From the NCBI RefSeq assembly GCF_001644705.1, contig NZ_CP015137.1:2040001-2072000 (forward strand): 32,000 nt of DNA. Reading direction: 5' to 3'. Below, one piece after another: positions 1 to 10,835 of this stretch. How positions within the stretch are numbered: the first letter of the stretch is position 1; the number at the start of each line of letters is the position of its first letter. Both the position numbers and the translations under genes were made by a program. The notes under the pieces were generated by a model, which searched no databases, had not been told where the DNA came from, and was given only the letters and a program-made list of their open reading frames with translations. Source of the DNA: Dickeya solani IPO 2222 (GTDB lineage: Bacteria; Pseudomonadota; Gammaproteobacteria; Enterobacterales; Enterobacteriaceae).

Positions 1-94
1 TGCACTGAATGCCGCGCCCCGCCCGGGACGCGAAATCGCCGATCTGGGTCGCCGCGCGGAAGCCGGAAAGGCGTTGGTGCAACTGAAATATTGA
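1..94 (+). CDS. 3' end of an unidentified CDS entering from the left edge (...ALNAAPRPGREIADLGRRAEAGKALVQLKY*)
   Basis: Frame 2 is open from base 2 to a TGA at 92-94 and has G/C-rich third positions like neighbouring genes. It is too short to assign a family. Confidence 0.3.
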   Translation, partial: ALNAAPRPGREIADLGRRAEAGKALVQLKY

Positions 95-454
95 TAAAAC
101 CGCACCCGCCATGAGCAGTGCTTCTGCCTGGCGGAAAATCACCGCCTATCCGTGTTGTTTTTTTCACCTTTTATCATCGCACTCAGATTAAAACCCCTAA
201 TATTTTCATGACGAAACTGATTGCCGGCCGACCTAAATGTAAAAAAAGGTAAAAGATGGGAGAAATACGTCATTGCGGATAAAAAAGCAAAACTAAACAA
301 AAAATTAGCGAGTCAGACAGGGAAAAATATTCGCAAAGAAAAAGCATTATCCCTCAACAAAACGTCAGAGAAACAAAGCCCGAAGCAGGATTTGGCATGA
401 CTATGCCTGAAAAGCTGGGAGAGAGGCGAAAAAATCGCCACACCGAACCACAGA

Positions 455-487
455 AACAAAAAAACTCGCGATCCAAAGGATGCGAGT
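455..487 (-). terminator. Rho-independent terminator downstream of tRNA-Pro
   Basis: The minus strand reads ACTCGCATCC-TTT-GGATCGCGAGT (stem with one bulge) followed by TTTTTTTGTTT. It lies 40 nt past the tRNA CCA end. Confidence 0.75.
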
Positions 488-526
488 TTCATGTTAACGG
501 CAACCGGGTTTTACCGTTTTAAAATT

Positions 527-603
<77 letters not shown>

Positions 604-615
604 AATGCGGGGCGC

Positions 616-644
616 ATATTACTGCGCCCCTAACATAGCGTCAA
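616..644 (-). promoter_or_regulatory. Candidate sigma70 promoter of tRNA-Pro with a GC-rich discriminator
   Basis: The minus strand has TTGACG (639-644), a 17-nt spacer, TAATAT (616-621), then GCGCCCC. The tRNA 5' end lies 12 nt after the -10, and an A/T-rich tract sits upstream of the -35. This layout is typical of stringently controlled stable-RNA promoters. Confidence 0.6.
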
Positions 645-751
645 TCCCTTTTTCATAAAAGCCAACAGGTTGACGACAAAGTGTCCGGGCGTGTGGGGAA
701 AACCACCATCGCCACCTGAATGCGCGCCGTCCCGGCCCGCCAGCGACGGTG

Positions 752-2434
752 TTATCCGCGCCCCGGCGCATTGCACCAGTTATTTTTTTCCTGAATGCCG
801 CCATCCGGCGAGGTATATCCCAGACACCCCAGCATGGAGTCGAAAATCTCCTCATGCCGCAGTACCTTTCCTTGTTGCTGTTGCGCCCGCAGTTGCTCAA
901 ACGCCTGTTGATTACGCGGCTGCGCCAGATACTTGTCCGAAGCCCACAGCATAATCGGCGAACGGAACTGCTCCGGCGGCGCCATCTGACGCGGCGTGCC
1001 ATGCAAATGGTAGTTGTCGTCAATCGATTCACCGTGGTCGGAGGCATACACCAGCAGCGCCTTCTTGTCGCGCAATTGGTCAATAACCCGTTTGATAACG
1101 GCATCGGTATACAACACGCTGTTATCGAAGGCATTGATCAACTGTTCACGGGAGCAGGACGCATCCACGCCCATACATTCCGGCTGATAACGGGCATAGC
1201 TGCGCGGATAGCGCATCGAGTACAGATAGTGGGAACCTTTGGTGTGCAGCACCACCAGGTGCTTGCCGTTAGGGTAACGCATCAGCGACTGCGACATTTC
1301 ATCGACCAGCAGCATGTCGTCCACCGGTTTACCCTCATTACGCTTTTCCGAGGCAATCATTTCACGAAAGGCGTAATTGTCAGCCTGAATGTTGTTATAG
1401 AACCAGACCTCGCTCTGCATCGCGAACAGTTCGGACGAGAACCCCAGCGACTTCATGACGGCAAAGATATTTTTTTCCCGCAGCGTACGTTGCGGATTAT
1501 CGGAGGTGCCGCCTTCCCGCACGAACATGCAACGCATCGACAGTTTGGTGGAGGTGTCGCAGGACTGACCGCGAAACGCCAGCAAATTCTTTTCCTTCGC
1601 CAGCTGCGGCGTAGTATCACGCTCGTAGCCCAGCAGCCCCATATGGTCCCAACGGGTGGTTTCACCGATGATGAAGACGACGTAAGTGTCATCGATTCCC
1701 GGCGGAGCCTGATAGGTAAACTGCTTGCTGGGATCAATGAGCTCGTCGTCATCTTGATTTTCATCATAACGGGCATAGGCAAACAAACCGAATGCCGATA
1801 ACCAGTTGGCCGGCAGATAAGAATGAGCCACCACCCCGCCGTAACTTGGTAAATCCTGATTAGACAGCTTCTCCGCCGAGGTATTTATCTGAGCCAGATA
1901 GCGTAGCGGCAACCATACCAGTGCGGCAGACGCCACCAGCCCCAACAGCGCGATATGTCGGCGTCCCGAAGTACGCAATTGTTCGATCAGCGTTTGCTGC
2001 AGGCGGTTTTTCCAGATGAGAAACACGGGTGGGATACCGAGCACCACGACCCACAGCACAAAAAACAGCCCCACCACCTCTTTGGATAAATCAATATCCG
2101 TGGTCATTACCGAGGCGATAATGCCATAGCCAATCACGACATTAAAAAAAGTCATGTAGTAGCTGGCGGCCACTGAAATCAATACCAGCAATGACGCCAT
2201 AACACGAAAAAAACGGCGTCCGCCGAGCGACAGAAGCCGCATCAGGAAAAAAGTAAACAGAATGCAAGCCATCGATTCCACCAGCAGGGGAATATATTTG
2301 GCGACCGGATTTTCAGTAAAAAACGGGAATGCATCTACACGCCGGTAAAAAACCGGCAGATTCAAAAAAAAGCCAATATAGATTGCCAGCAACCAGGATA
2401 ATGTAGATTGTGACAATGCCAGCAGGGATTTCAT
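752..2434 (-). CDS. eptB: Kdo2-lipid A phosphoethanolamine transferase (560 aa)
   Basis: Collinear with E. coli EptB/YhjW as recalled (LSWLLAIYIGFFLN..., VFIIGETTRWDHMG, HTKGSHY, ASDHGES, GCLGYTSPDGGI). The start is moved to ATG 2434 (MKSLLALSQ...), where homology begins; the track ORF extends to 2590. It is next to proK, as in E. coli. Confidence 0.93.
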   Translation of the reverse strand: MKSLLALSQSTLSWLLAIYIGFFLNLPVFYRRVDAFPFFTENPVAKYIPLLVESMACILFTFFLMRLLSLGGRRFFRVMASLLVLISVAASYYMTFFNVVIGYGIIASVMTTDIDLSKEVVGLFFVLWVVVLGIPPVFLIWKNRLQQTLIEQLRTSGRRHIALLGLVASAALVWLPLRYLAQINTSAEKLSNQDLPSYGGVVAHSYLPANWLSAFGLFAYARYDENQDDDELIDPSKQFTYQAPPGIDDTYVVFIIGETTRWDHMGLLGYERDTTPQLAKEKNLLAFRGQSCDTSTKLSMRCMFVREGGTSDNPQRTLREKNIFAVMKSLGFSSELFAMQSEVWFYNNIQADNYAFREMIASEKRNEGKPVDDMLLVDEMSQSLMRYPNGKHLVVLHTKGSHYLYSMRYPRSYARYQPECMGVDASCSREQLINAFDNSVLYTDAVIKRVIDQLRDKKALLVYASDHGESIDDNYHLHGTPRQMAPPEQFRSPIMLWASDKYLAQPRNQQAFEQLRAQQQQGKVLRHEEIFDSMLGCLGYTSPDGGIQEKNNWCNAPGRG

Positions 2435-2470
2435 TCCAGACCATACTCCAGAGGTAAAAATATCCTGTAA

Positions 2471-2498
2471 ACAGACCGATGATATGTTCGAAAGTTCA
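2471..2498 (-). promoter_or_regulatory. Candidate sigmaE-type promoter upstream of eptB
   Basis: The minus strand has TGAACTT (2492-2498), a 16-nt spacer, then TCTGT (2471-2475), about 35 nt upstream of the eptB ATG. This resembles the sigmaE consensus GGAACTT-N16-TCTGA. eptB is reported to be sigmaE-dependent in E. coli and Salmonella. Confidence 0.35.
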
Positions 2499-2801
2499 GG
2501 TGCCATCAGCGTATTCCGGTTTTTTCTTATGCCATTACGCCCTTTTCCTGAAAAAACCTTACGCAGGCAGTTTAACGCCCTTATAAGCAATCAGCTTATC
2601 TTTTCGGCTAATAAGTGAATCGCACGGAAAAACAAGACATAAACGTTTTTAGATACCCTTTTCTTTTAAATACCGCCGAACTGGTTTTTCGGATTATTTC
2701 TATTTTCCTGCTTGCTGTTCTGACTATTTTTTTCGTTTAATTCATCACTCTGGTTATTACATAAAGAATATTCATATTTCCCGTCAGACCGATTATTCCC
2801 G

Positions 2802-4496
<1,695 letters not shown>

Positions 4497-4622
4497 TTAA
4501 GCGAAACTCCTTGAGCGAAAACCAGGGCATTAATACGCAGGCGGTGAGGGAATACGAGCACGAAGACAAGGGAATGCGAAGCATGCCGCACGGCATCGCA
4601 CCGGTTGCAGCAACCGATATAA

Positions 4623-5417
<795 letters not shown>

Positions 5418-5471
5418 CGGCTCTTTCAGTATGATGCCCAGTCATTTTATTTCCCCACTGGAGTACACACT

Positions 5472-5747
5472 ATGGCACGCGTAACTGTTCAGGACGCTGT
5501 AGAAAAAATTGGTAACCGTTTTGACCTGGTGTTGGTCGCCGCTCGTCGCGCCCGTCAGCTCCAGGTAGGTGGCAAAGACCCGCTGGTTCCGGAAGAAAAC
5601 GACAAGTACACCGTTATCGCTCTGCGCGAAATCGAAGAAAGTCTGATCAACGGCCAGATTCTGGATACCCGCGAACGCCAGGAACAGCAGGAGCAGGAAG
5701 CTGCGGAAATCCAGGCGGTTACCGCTATCGCTGAAGGTCGTCGTTAA
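5472..5747 (+). CDS. rpoZ: RNA polymerase omega subunit (91 aa)
   Basis: [29 protein letters not shown]... matches E. coli RpoZ. It sits upstream of spoT, as in the spo operon. Confidence 0.97.
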   Translation: MARVTVQDAVEKIGNRFDLVLVAARRARQLQVGGKDPLVPEENDKYTVIALREIEESLINGQILDTRERQEQQEQEAAEIQAVTAIAEGRR

Positions 5748-5771
5748 TTCGAATTCGGTCGCGAGTCGCCC

Positions 5772-7874
5772 TTGTATCTGTTTGAAAGCCTCAATCTGCT
5801 GATTCAGCGTTATCTGCCGGAAGACCAGATAAAGCGCCTCAAGCAGGCTTATCTTGTTGCACGTGATGCTCACGAGGGGCAGACACGCTCCAGCGGTGAG
5901 CCCTATATCACCCATCCAGTAGCGGTGGCCTGCATTCTGGCCGAAATGCGTCTCGACTATGAAACGCTGATGGCCGCCTTGCTGCATGACGTCATCGAAG
6001 ATACGCCCGCCACCTATCAGGATATGGAACAGTTGTTCGGCAAAAGCGTGGCCGAACTGGTGGAAGGCGTTTCCAAGCTGGATAAGCTGAAATTCCGCGA
6101 CAAGAAAGAGGCGCAGGCGGAAAACTTCCGCAAAATGATCATGGCGATGGTGCAGGATATCCGCGTCATTCTGATCAAACTGGCCGACCGCACCCACAAT
6201 ATGCGTACGCTGGGATCGCTGCGTCCGGACAAGCGCCGGCGCATCGCCCGGGAAACGCTGGAAATCTACAGCCCGCTCGCTCACCGTCTCGGTATTCATC
6301 ACCTGAAAACCGAACTGGAAGAGCTGGGATTCGAAGCGCTCTACCCCAATCGTTACCGGGTCATCAAAGAGGTGGTGAAAGCCGCCCGCGGCAACCGCAA
6401 AGAGATGATTCAGAAGATCCTCTCCGAGATTGAAGGGCGTCTGAAGGAAGCCGGCATCAGCTGTCGCGTCAGCGGCCGCGAAAAGCATCTGTACTCCATC
6501 TACTGCAAGATGCACCTGAAAGAGCAGCGCTTTCACTCGATTATGGATATCTATGCTTTTCGGGTGATCGTCCGGGAAGTGGATACCTGTTATCGCGTGC
6601 TGGGGCAGGCGCACAGCCTGTACAAGCCGCGCCCCGGTCGGGTGAAGGACTATATCGCCATTCCCAAGGCCAACGGTTATCAGTCGCTCCATACTTCCCT
6701 CATTGGGCCGCACGGCGTGCCGGTTGAAGTCCAGATCCGCACCGAGGACATGGACCAGATGGCGGAAATGGGGGTCGCAGCGCACTGGGCTTACAAAGAA
6801 GGCGAAAGCAGCAGCACCACGGCGCAGGTACGCGCCCAGCGCTGGATGCAAAGCCTGCTGGAGCTGCAGCAGAGCGCCGGCAGTTCGTTCGAATTCATCG
6901 AAAGCGTCAAATCCGATCTGTTTCCGGACGAAATTTACGTGTTCACGCCGGAAGGCCGTATCGTCGAGCTGCCTGCGGGCGCGACGCCGGTGGACTTCGC
7001 TTATGCGGTACACACCGATATCGGTCACGCCTGCGTCGGCGCGCGCGTCGACCGCCAGCCGTATCCGCTGTCTCAGGCCTTATCCAGCGGGCAGACGATC
7101 GAAATCATCACCGCGCCGGGTGCCCGCCCGAACGCCGCCTGGCTCAACTTCGTGGTCAGCTCCAAAGCCCGCGCCAAAATCCGTCAGATGCTGAAAAACC
7201 TCAAACGTGACGATTCCGTCAGTCTGGGGCGTCGTCTGATTAACCACGCGCTGGGCGGTGGCCGTAAACTGTCCGACATTCCGGAACAGAATATTCAGCG
7301 GGAGCTGGAGCGCATGAAGCTCGCCTCGCTGGACGACCTGCTGGCGGAAATCGGTCTGGGTAACGCCATGAGCGTGGTGGTAGCGCGCAATCTGCTGGAA
7401 GAACACGACGAAACCGGCGCCGCAGGTATCCGCAAACTGCCCATCAAGGGCGCCGACGGCGTACTGATCACGTTCGCCAAGTGCTGCCGTCCGATTCCCG
7501 GCGATCCGATCATCGCGCACGTCAGCCCCGGCAAAGGGCTGGTGATTCATCATGAGTCCTGCCGCAACATCCGTGGCTACCAGAAAGAGCCGGAGAAATT
7601 CATGGCGGTGGAATGGGATGAGGTAACCGAGCAGGAATTCATGACGGAAATCAAGGTCGACATGTTCAACCATCAGGGGGCGTTGGCCAACCTGACGGCG
7701 GCGATCAGCGCGTCAAACTCCAATATTCAAAGCATCAATACCGAAGAACGGGATGGCCGGGTGTACAGCGCCTTTATCCGCCTGACTACGCGCGACCGTA
7801 TTCATCTTGCGAATATCATGCGCAAGATCCGCGTGATGCCGGACGTGATTAAAGTCAACCGTAACCGAAATTAG
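5772..7874 (+). CDS. spoT: Bifunctional (p)ppGpp synthetase II / pyrophosphohydrolase (700 aa)
   Basis: It has a TTG start, as in E. coli. MYLFESLN...HEGQTRSSGEPYITHP (HD domain), RelA/SpoT synthetase, TGS and ACT regions are collinear with E. coli SpoT. Confidence 0.97.
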   Translation: MYLFESLNLLIQRYLPEDQIKRLKQAYLVARDAHEGQTRSSGEPYITHPVAVACILAEMRLDYETLMAALLHDVIEDTPATYQDMEQLFGKSVAELVEGVSKLDKLKFRDKKEAQAENFRKMIMAMVQDIRVILIKLADRTHNMRTLGSLRPDKRRRIARETLEIYSPLAHRLGIHHLKTELEELGFEALYPNRYRVIKEVVKAARGNRKEMIQKILSEIEGRLKEAGISCRVSGREKHLYSIYCKMHLKEQRFHSIMDIYAFRVIVREVDTCYRVLGQAHSLYKPRPGRVKDYIAIPKANGYQSLHTSLIGPHGVPVEVQIRTEDMDQMAEMGVAAHWAYKEGESSSTTAQVRAQRWMQSLLELQQSAGSSFEFIESVKSDLFPDEIYVFTPEGRIVELPAGATPVDFAYAVHTDIGHACVGARVDRQPYPLSQALSSGQTIEIITAPGARPNAAWLNFVVSSKARAKIRQMLKNLKRDDSVSLGRRLINHALGGGRKLSDIPEQNIQRELERMKLASLDDLLAEIGLGNAMSVVVARNLLEEHDETGAAGIRKLPIKGADGVLITFAKCCRPIPGDPIIAHVSPGKGLVIHHESCRNIRGYQKEPEKFMAVEWDEVTEQEFMTEIKVDMFNHQGALANLTAAISASNSNIQSINTEERDGRVYSAFIRLTTRDRIHLANIMRKIRVMPDVIKVNRNRN

Positions 7875-7880
7875 CCTGTT

Positions 7881-8573
7881 ATGACCCCAGAACGTTATAC
7901 ACGTATCCGCGAAATGCTTAACAACCGTCAGCCCGACCTGACCGTGTGCATGGAGCAGGTTCACAAGCCTCACAACGTATCCGCCGTTATTCGTACCGCC
8001 GATGCGGTTGGCGTGCATCAGGTGCACGCCGTCTGGCCCACTAACCGCATGAGGACCCTGGTGTCCGCCGCTGCAGGCAGCAACAGTTGGGTGCAGGTCA
8101 AAACCCACCGCACCATTCAGGATGCGGCCAGCTATCTGAAAACGCAGGGGATGCAAATTCTGGCCACCAATCTGTCCGCCAGCGCGGTCGATTTCCGCGA
8201 AGTGGATTACACCCGTCCCACCTGCATCCTGCTCGGGCAGGAAAAAACCGGCATTACCGCCGACGCGCTGGCGCTCGCCGATCAGGACATCATCATTCCG
8301 ATGATCGGCATGGTGCAATCGCTGAACGTCTCGGTGGCTTCCGCCTTGATTCTGTACGAAGCACAGCGTCAGCGTCAGTTGGCCGGAATGTACCAGCGCG
8401 AATGCAGCCCTCTGGATGAAGAAGAACAGCAATGCCTGCTGTTTGAGGGCGGCTACCCGGTACTAGCCCGCGTCGCCAGACGCAAAGGGCTGCCACGCCC
8501 ATTCATCGACCATACCGGTCAGGTGATTGCCGACGCGCCCTGGTGGGCAGCGATGCAATCCACGGAGCAATAA
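7881..8573 (+). CDS. trmH: tRNA (Gm18) 2'-O-methyltransferase (230 aa)
   Basis: PDLTVCMEQVHKPHNVSAVIRTADAVGV... and IIIPMIGMVQSLNVSVA (SPOUT knot) match E. coli TrmH/SpoU. Confidence 0.95.
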   Translation: MTPERYTRIREMLNNRQPDLTVCMEQVHKPHNVSAVIRTADAVGVHQVHAVWPTNRMRTLVSAAAGSNSWVQVKTHRTIQDAASYLKTQGMQILATNLSASAVDFREVDYTRPTCILLGQEKTGITADALALADQDIIIPMIGMVQSLNVSVASALILYEAQRQRQLAGMYQRECSPLDEEEQQCLLFEGGYPVLARVARRKGLPRPFIDHTGQVIADAPWWAAMQSTEQ

Positions 8574-10654
8574 TGGACAGCCGCCTGCTGCACACCCAGC
8601 CGTTGAGCACCCTTGCCGGCGTCGGGGCCAGCCAGGCGGAAAAACTGGCCCGTCTCGGTCTGGAAACGGTGCAAGATCTGCTGTTGCACCTGCCGTTGCG
8701 TTACGAAGACCGCACCCACCTTTACCTGATTAACGATGTGCTGCCGGGCATGTACGCTACCGTAGAAGGCGAAGTGCTGCGCAGCGATATCACCTTTGGT
8801 CGCCGTCGGATGCTGACCTGCCAGATCAGCGACGGCAGCGGCATGCTGACGCTGCGCTTCTTTAATTTCAACGCCGCCATGAAAAACAGCCTGTCGCCGG
8901 GCCAGCGCGTGCTGGCGTATGGCGAGGTACGCCGCGGCAAGCTGGGCGGCGAAATGATCCATCCGGAATACCGGGTGCAGGGCGAAAGCGCCGCGGTCGA
9001 ACTGCAGGAAACGTTGACGCCGGTGTACCCCACTACGGAAGGCATACGGCAGGTTACGCTGCGCAAACTGACCGATCAGGCGCTGGAACTGCTGGATACC
9101 CACCCGATTGACGAACTGCTGCCTCAGGAGATGCGCCACGGGTTGATCAGCCTGCCGGATGCGTTGCGAACCCTGCACCGCCCACCGCCGGATGTGCAAC
9201 TGGCTGAACTGGAGCAAGGTAAACATCCGGCGCAGCAACGGCTGGTAATGGAAGAACTGCTGGCGCACCACCTGAGTATGCTGGCGGTACGTGCAGGCGC
9301 GCAACGCCACCGGGCGCTGGCGCTTGAGCCCAAAGATAACCTGAAACAGCAGCTGCTGGCCGCCCTGCCGTTCAGCCCTACCGGTGCGCAACAGCGGGTG
9401 GTGGCGGAAATCGAACAGGATATGAACAAACCGTTTCCGATGATGCGTCTGGTGCAGGGCGATGTGGGTTCCGGTAAAACGCTGGTGGCGGCGCTGGCGG
9501 CGTTGCAGGCTATCGCTCACGGCAAACAGGTGGCGCTGATGGCACCCACCGAACTGCTGGCCGAGCAGCACGCCGCCAACTTCCGCCGCTGGTTCGAGCC
9601 GCTCGGTGTCGAAGTTGGTTGGTTGGCGGGCAAGCAAAAGGGCAAGGCGCGGCAGGCCCAGCAGGAGGCTATCGCCAGCGGGCAGGTGTCAATGGTGATT
9701 GGTACCCATGCCATTTTTCAGCAACAGGTGCAGTTCAACGGTCTGGCGCTGGTGATCATCGACGAACAACATCGCTTTGGCGTGCATCAGCGGCTGGCGT
9801 TGTGGGAAAAAGGCGAAGAGCAGGGGTTCCACGCACACCAATTGATCATGACCGCCACCCCTATCCCCCGTACACTGGCGATGACCGCCTATGCCGACCT
9901 GGACACCTCGGTGATCGATGAACTGCCGCCGGGCCGCACGCCGGTTACCACCGTCGCGATTCCGGATACCCGGCGCGATGACATCATTCAGCGGGTGCGC
10001 AACGCCTGTCTGCAGGAAGGACGGCAGGCGTACTGGGTCTGCACCCTGATCGAAGAATCCGAGCTGCTGGAGGCGCAGGCAGCCGAAGCCACCTGTCAGG
10101 AACTGAAAGCGGCGTTACCCGATCTCACCATCGGGCTGGTGCATGGCCGGATGAAAGCACGGGAAAAGCAGGCCGCCATGGAGGCGTTCAAAGCCAATCA
10201 GCTGCATCTGCTGGTCGCCACCACGGTGATTGAAGTCGGGGTGGATGTGCCGAACGCCAGCCTGATGATCATCGAAAATCCGGAGCGGTTGGGGCTGGCG
10301 CAATTGCATCAGTTGCGCGGCCGCGTTGGCCGTGGTGCGGTTGCATCCCACTGCGTGCTGCTGTACAAATCGCCACTGAGCAAAACAGCTCAGATGCGGC
10401 TACAAGTCCTGCGCGACAGCAACGACGGCTTTATTATCGCCCAGCGCGATCTGGAAATCCGCGGTCCGGGCGAGCTGCTGGGCACCCGCCAGACCGGCAA
10501 CGCCGCCTTCAGGGTGGCGGATTTGTTGCGGGATCAGGCGTTAATTCCGCAGGTTCAGCGGGTATCGCGTCATCTCCATGAACACTACCCGGAACACGCC
10601 AGAGCGTTGATCGATCGCTGGCTGCCGGAACGCACCCGTTATACCAACGCCTGA
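8573..10654 (+). CDS. recG: ATP-dependent DNA helicase RecG (693 aa)
   Basis: The start is set at ATG 8573 (MDSRLL...), which overlaps the trmH stop as TAATG. LLLHLPLRYEDRT, Walker A GDVGSGKT and DEQHRFG are present. The length equals E. coli RecG. Confidence 0.96.
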   Translation: MDSRLLHTQPLSTLAGVGASQAEKLARLGLETVQDLLLHLPLRYEDRTHLYLINDVLPGMYATVEGEVLRSDITFGRRRMLTCQISDGSGMLTLRFFNFNAAMKNSLSPGQRVLAYGEVRRGKLGGEMIHPEYRVQGESAAVELQETLTPVYPTTEGIRQVTLRKLTDQALELLDTHPIDELLPQEMRHGLISLPDALRTLHRPPPDVQLAELEQGKHPAQQRLVMEELLAHHLSMLAVRAGAQRHRALALEPKDNLKQQLLAALPFSPTGAQQRVVAEIEQDMNKPFPMMRLVQGDVGSGKTLVAALAALQAIAHGKQVALMAPTELLAEQHAANFRRWFEPLGVEVGWLAGKQKGKARQAQQEAIASGQVSMVIGTHAIFQQQVQFNGLALVIIDEQHRFGVHQRLALWEKGEEQGFHAHQLIMTATPIPRTLAMTAYADLDTSVIDELPPGRTPVTTVAIPDTRRDDIIQRVRNACLQEGRQAYWVCTLIEESELLEAQAAEATCQELKAALPDLTIGLVHGRMKAREKQAAMEAFKANQLHLLVATTVIEVGVDVPNASLMIIENPERLGLAQLHQLRGRVGRGAVASHCVLLYKSPLSKTAQMRLQVLRDSNDGFIIAQRDLEIRGPGELLGTRQTGNAAFRVADLLRDQALIPQVQRVSRHLHEHYPEHARALIDRWLPERTRYTNA

Positions 10655-10764
10655 GGACGGTTCCGGCGCCGTGTTTTCCGCCGTCTCGTTTCGGGCTTGC
10701 ATTTATCCTCATTGTTAACAAGGCATTATGCTCCGGCATATTCTGGCAATAAGAAAACCGCATT

Positions 10765-10780
10765 CCGCAATCGATTGCTT
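10765..10780. promoter_or_regulatory. PurR-box-like palindrome upstream of xanP
   Basis: CCGCAATCGATTGCTT contains the perfect 12-bp palindrome GCAATCGATTGC, 56 nt upstream of the xanP ATG. It resembles the PurR operator consensus ACGCAAACGTTTGCGT, including the central CG. Confidence 0.35.
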
Positions 10781-10835
10781 TTACAGAGAAGATGATTAAA
10801 ATGCGCTTTTTGCCGTTCAGGAGCGCTGCAATATC

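Noticed and set aside
409-428. GCTGGGAGAGAGGCG resembling the tRNA-Pro 3' segment (CGGTGAGAGAGGAT), considered as a possible att direct repeat
   Set aside because: Only about 10 of 12 positions match over a short purine-rich run and the similarity does not extend. This is too weak to distinguish from chance in an A/G-rich region.
749-1801. 350-aa plus-strand ORF antisense to eptB. Similar antisense ORFs occur at 3054-3764, 3978-4514, 7080-7673, 7713-8432, 8519-9637, 11502-12281, 12850-13548, 18836-19549, 19655-20224, 22165-22641, 23507-24337, 24789-25274, 25283-25897, 26617-27270 and 30548-31024
   Set aside because: All lie opposite or out of frame with strongly supported genes. Their compositions are Arg/Gln/His/Pro-rich, typical of the wrong frames of GC3-rich genes. 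None has a plausible SD or a recognisable motif.
2435-2590. N-terminal extensions of track ORFs: eptB to 2590, gmk from 4689, recG from 8543, dtd to 15860, glnA from 18611, glnG from 21250, hemN to 24682, yihI to 25352, dsbA to 30468, yihD to 31849
   Set aside because: Homology to the E. coli proteins begins at internal ATG or GTG codons that have SD sequences. The extensions run through promoters, terminators or neighbouring genes.
5442-7028. 528-aa ORF on the minus strand, antisense to rpoZ and spoT
   Set aside because: It has the same antisense shadow pattern. It spans two real genes and their spacer and has no domain-like sequence. rpoZ and spoT on the plus strand are unambiguous.
10655-10700. 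Possible recG terminator (GGACGGTTCCGGCGCCGTGTTTTCCGCCGTC)
   Set aside because: The stems that can be drawn are 4-5 bp or need bulges, and the T-run is only four bases. This is not convincing enough to annotate.
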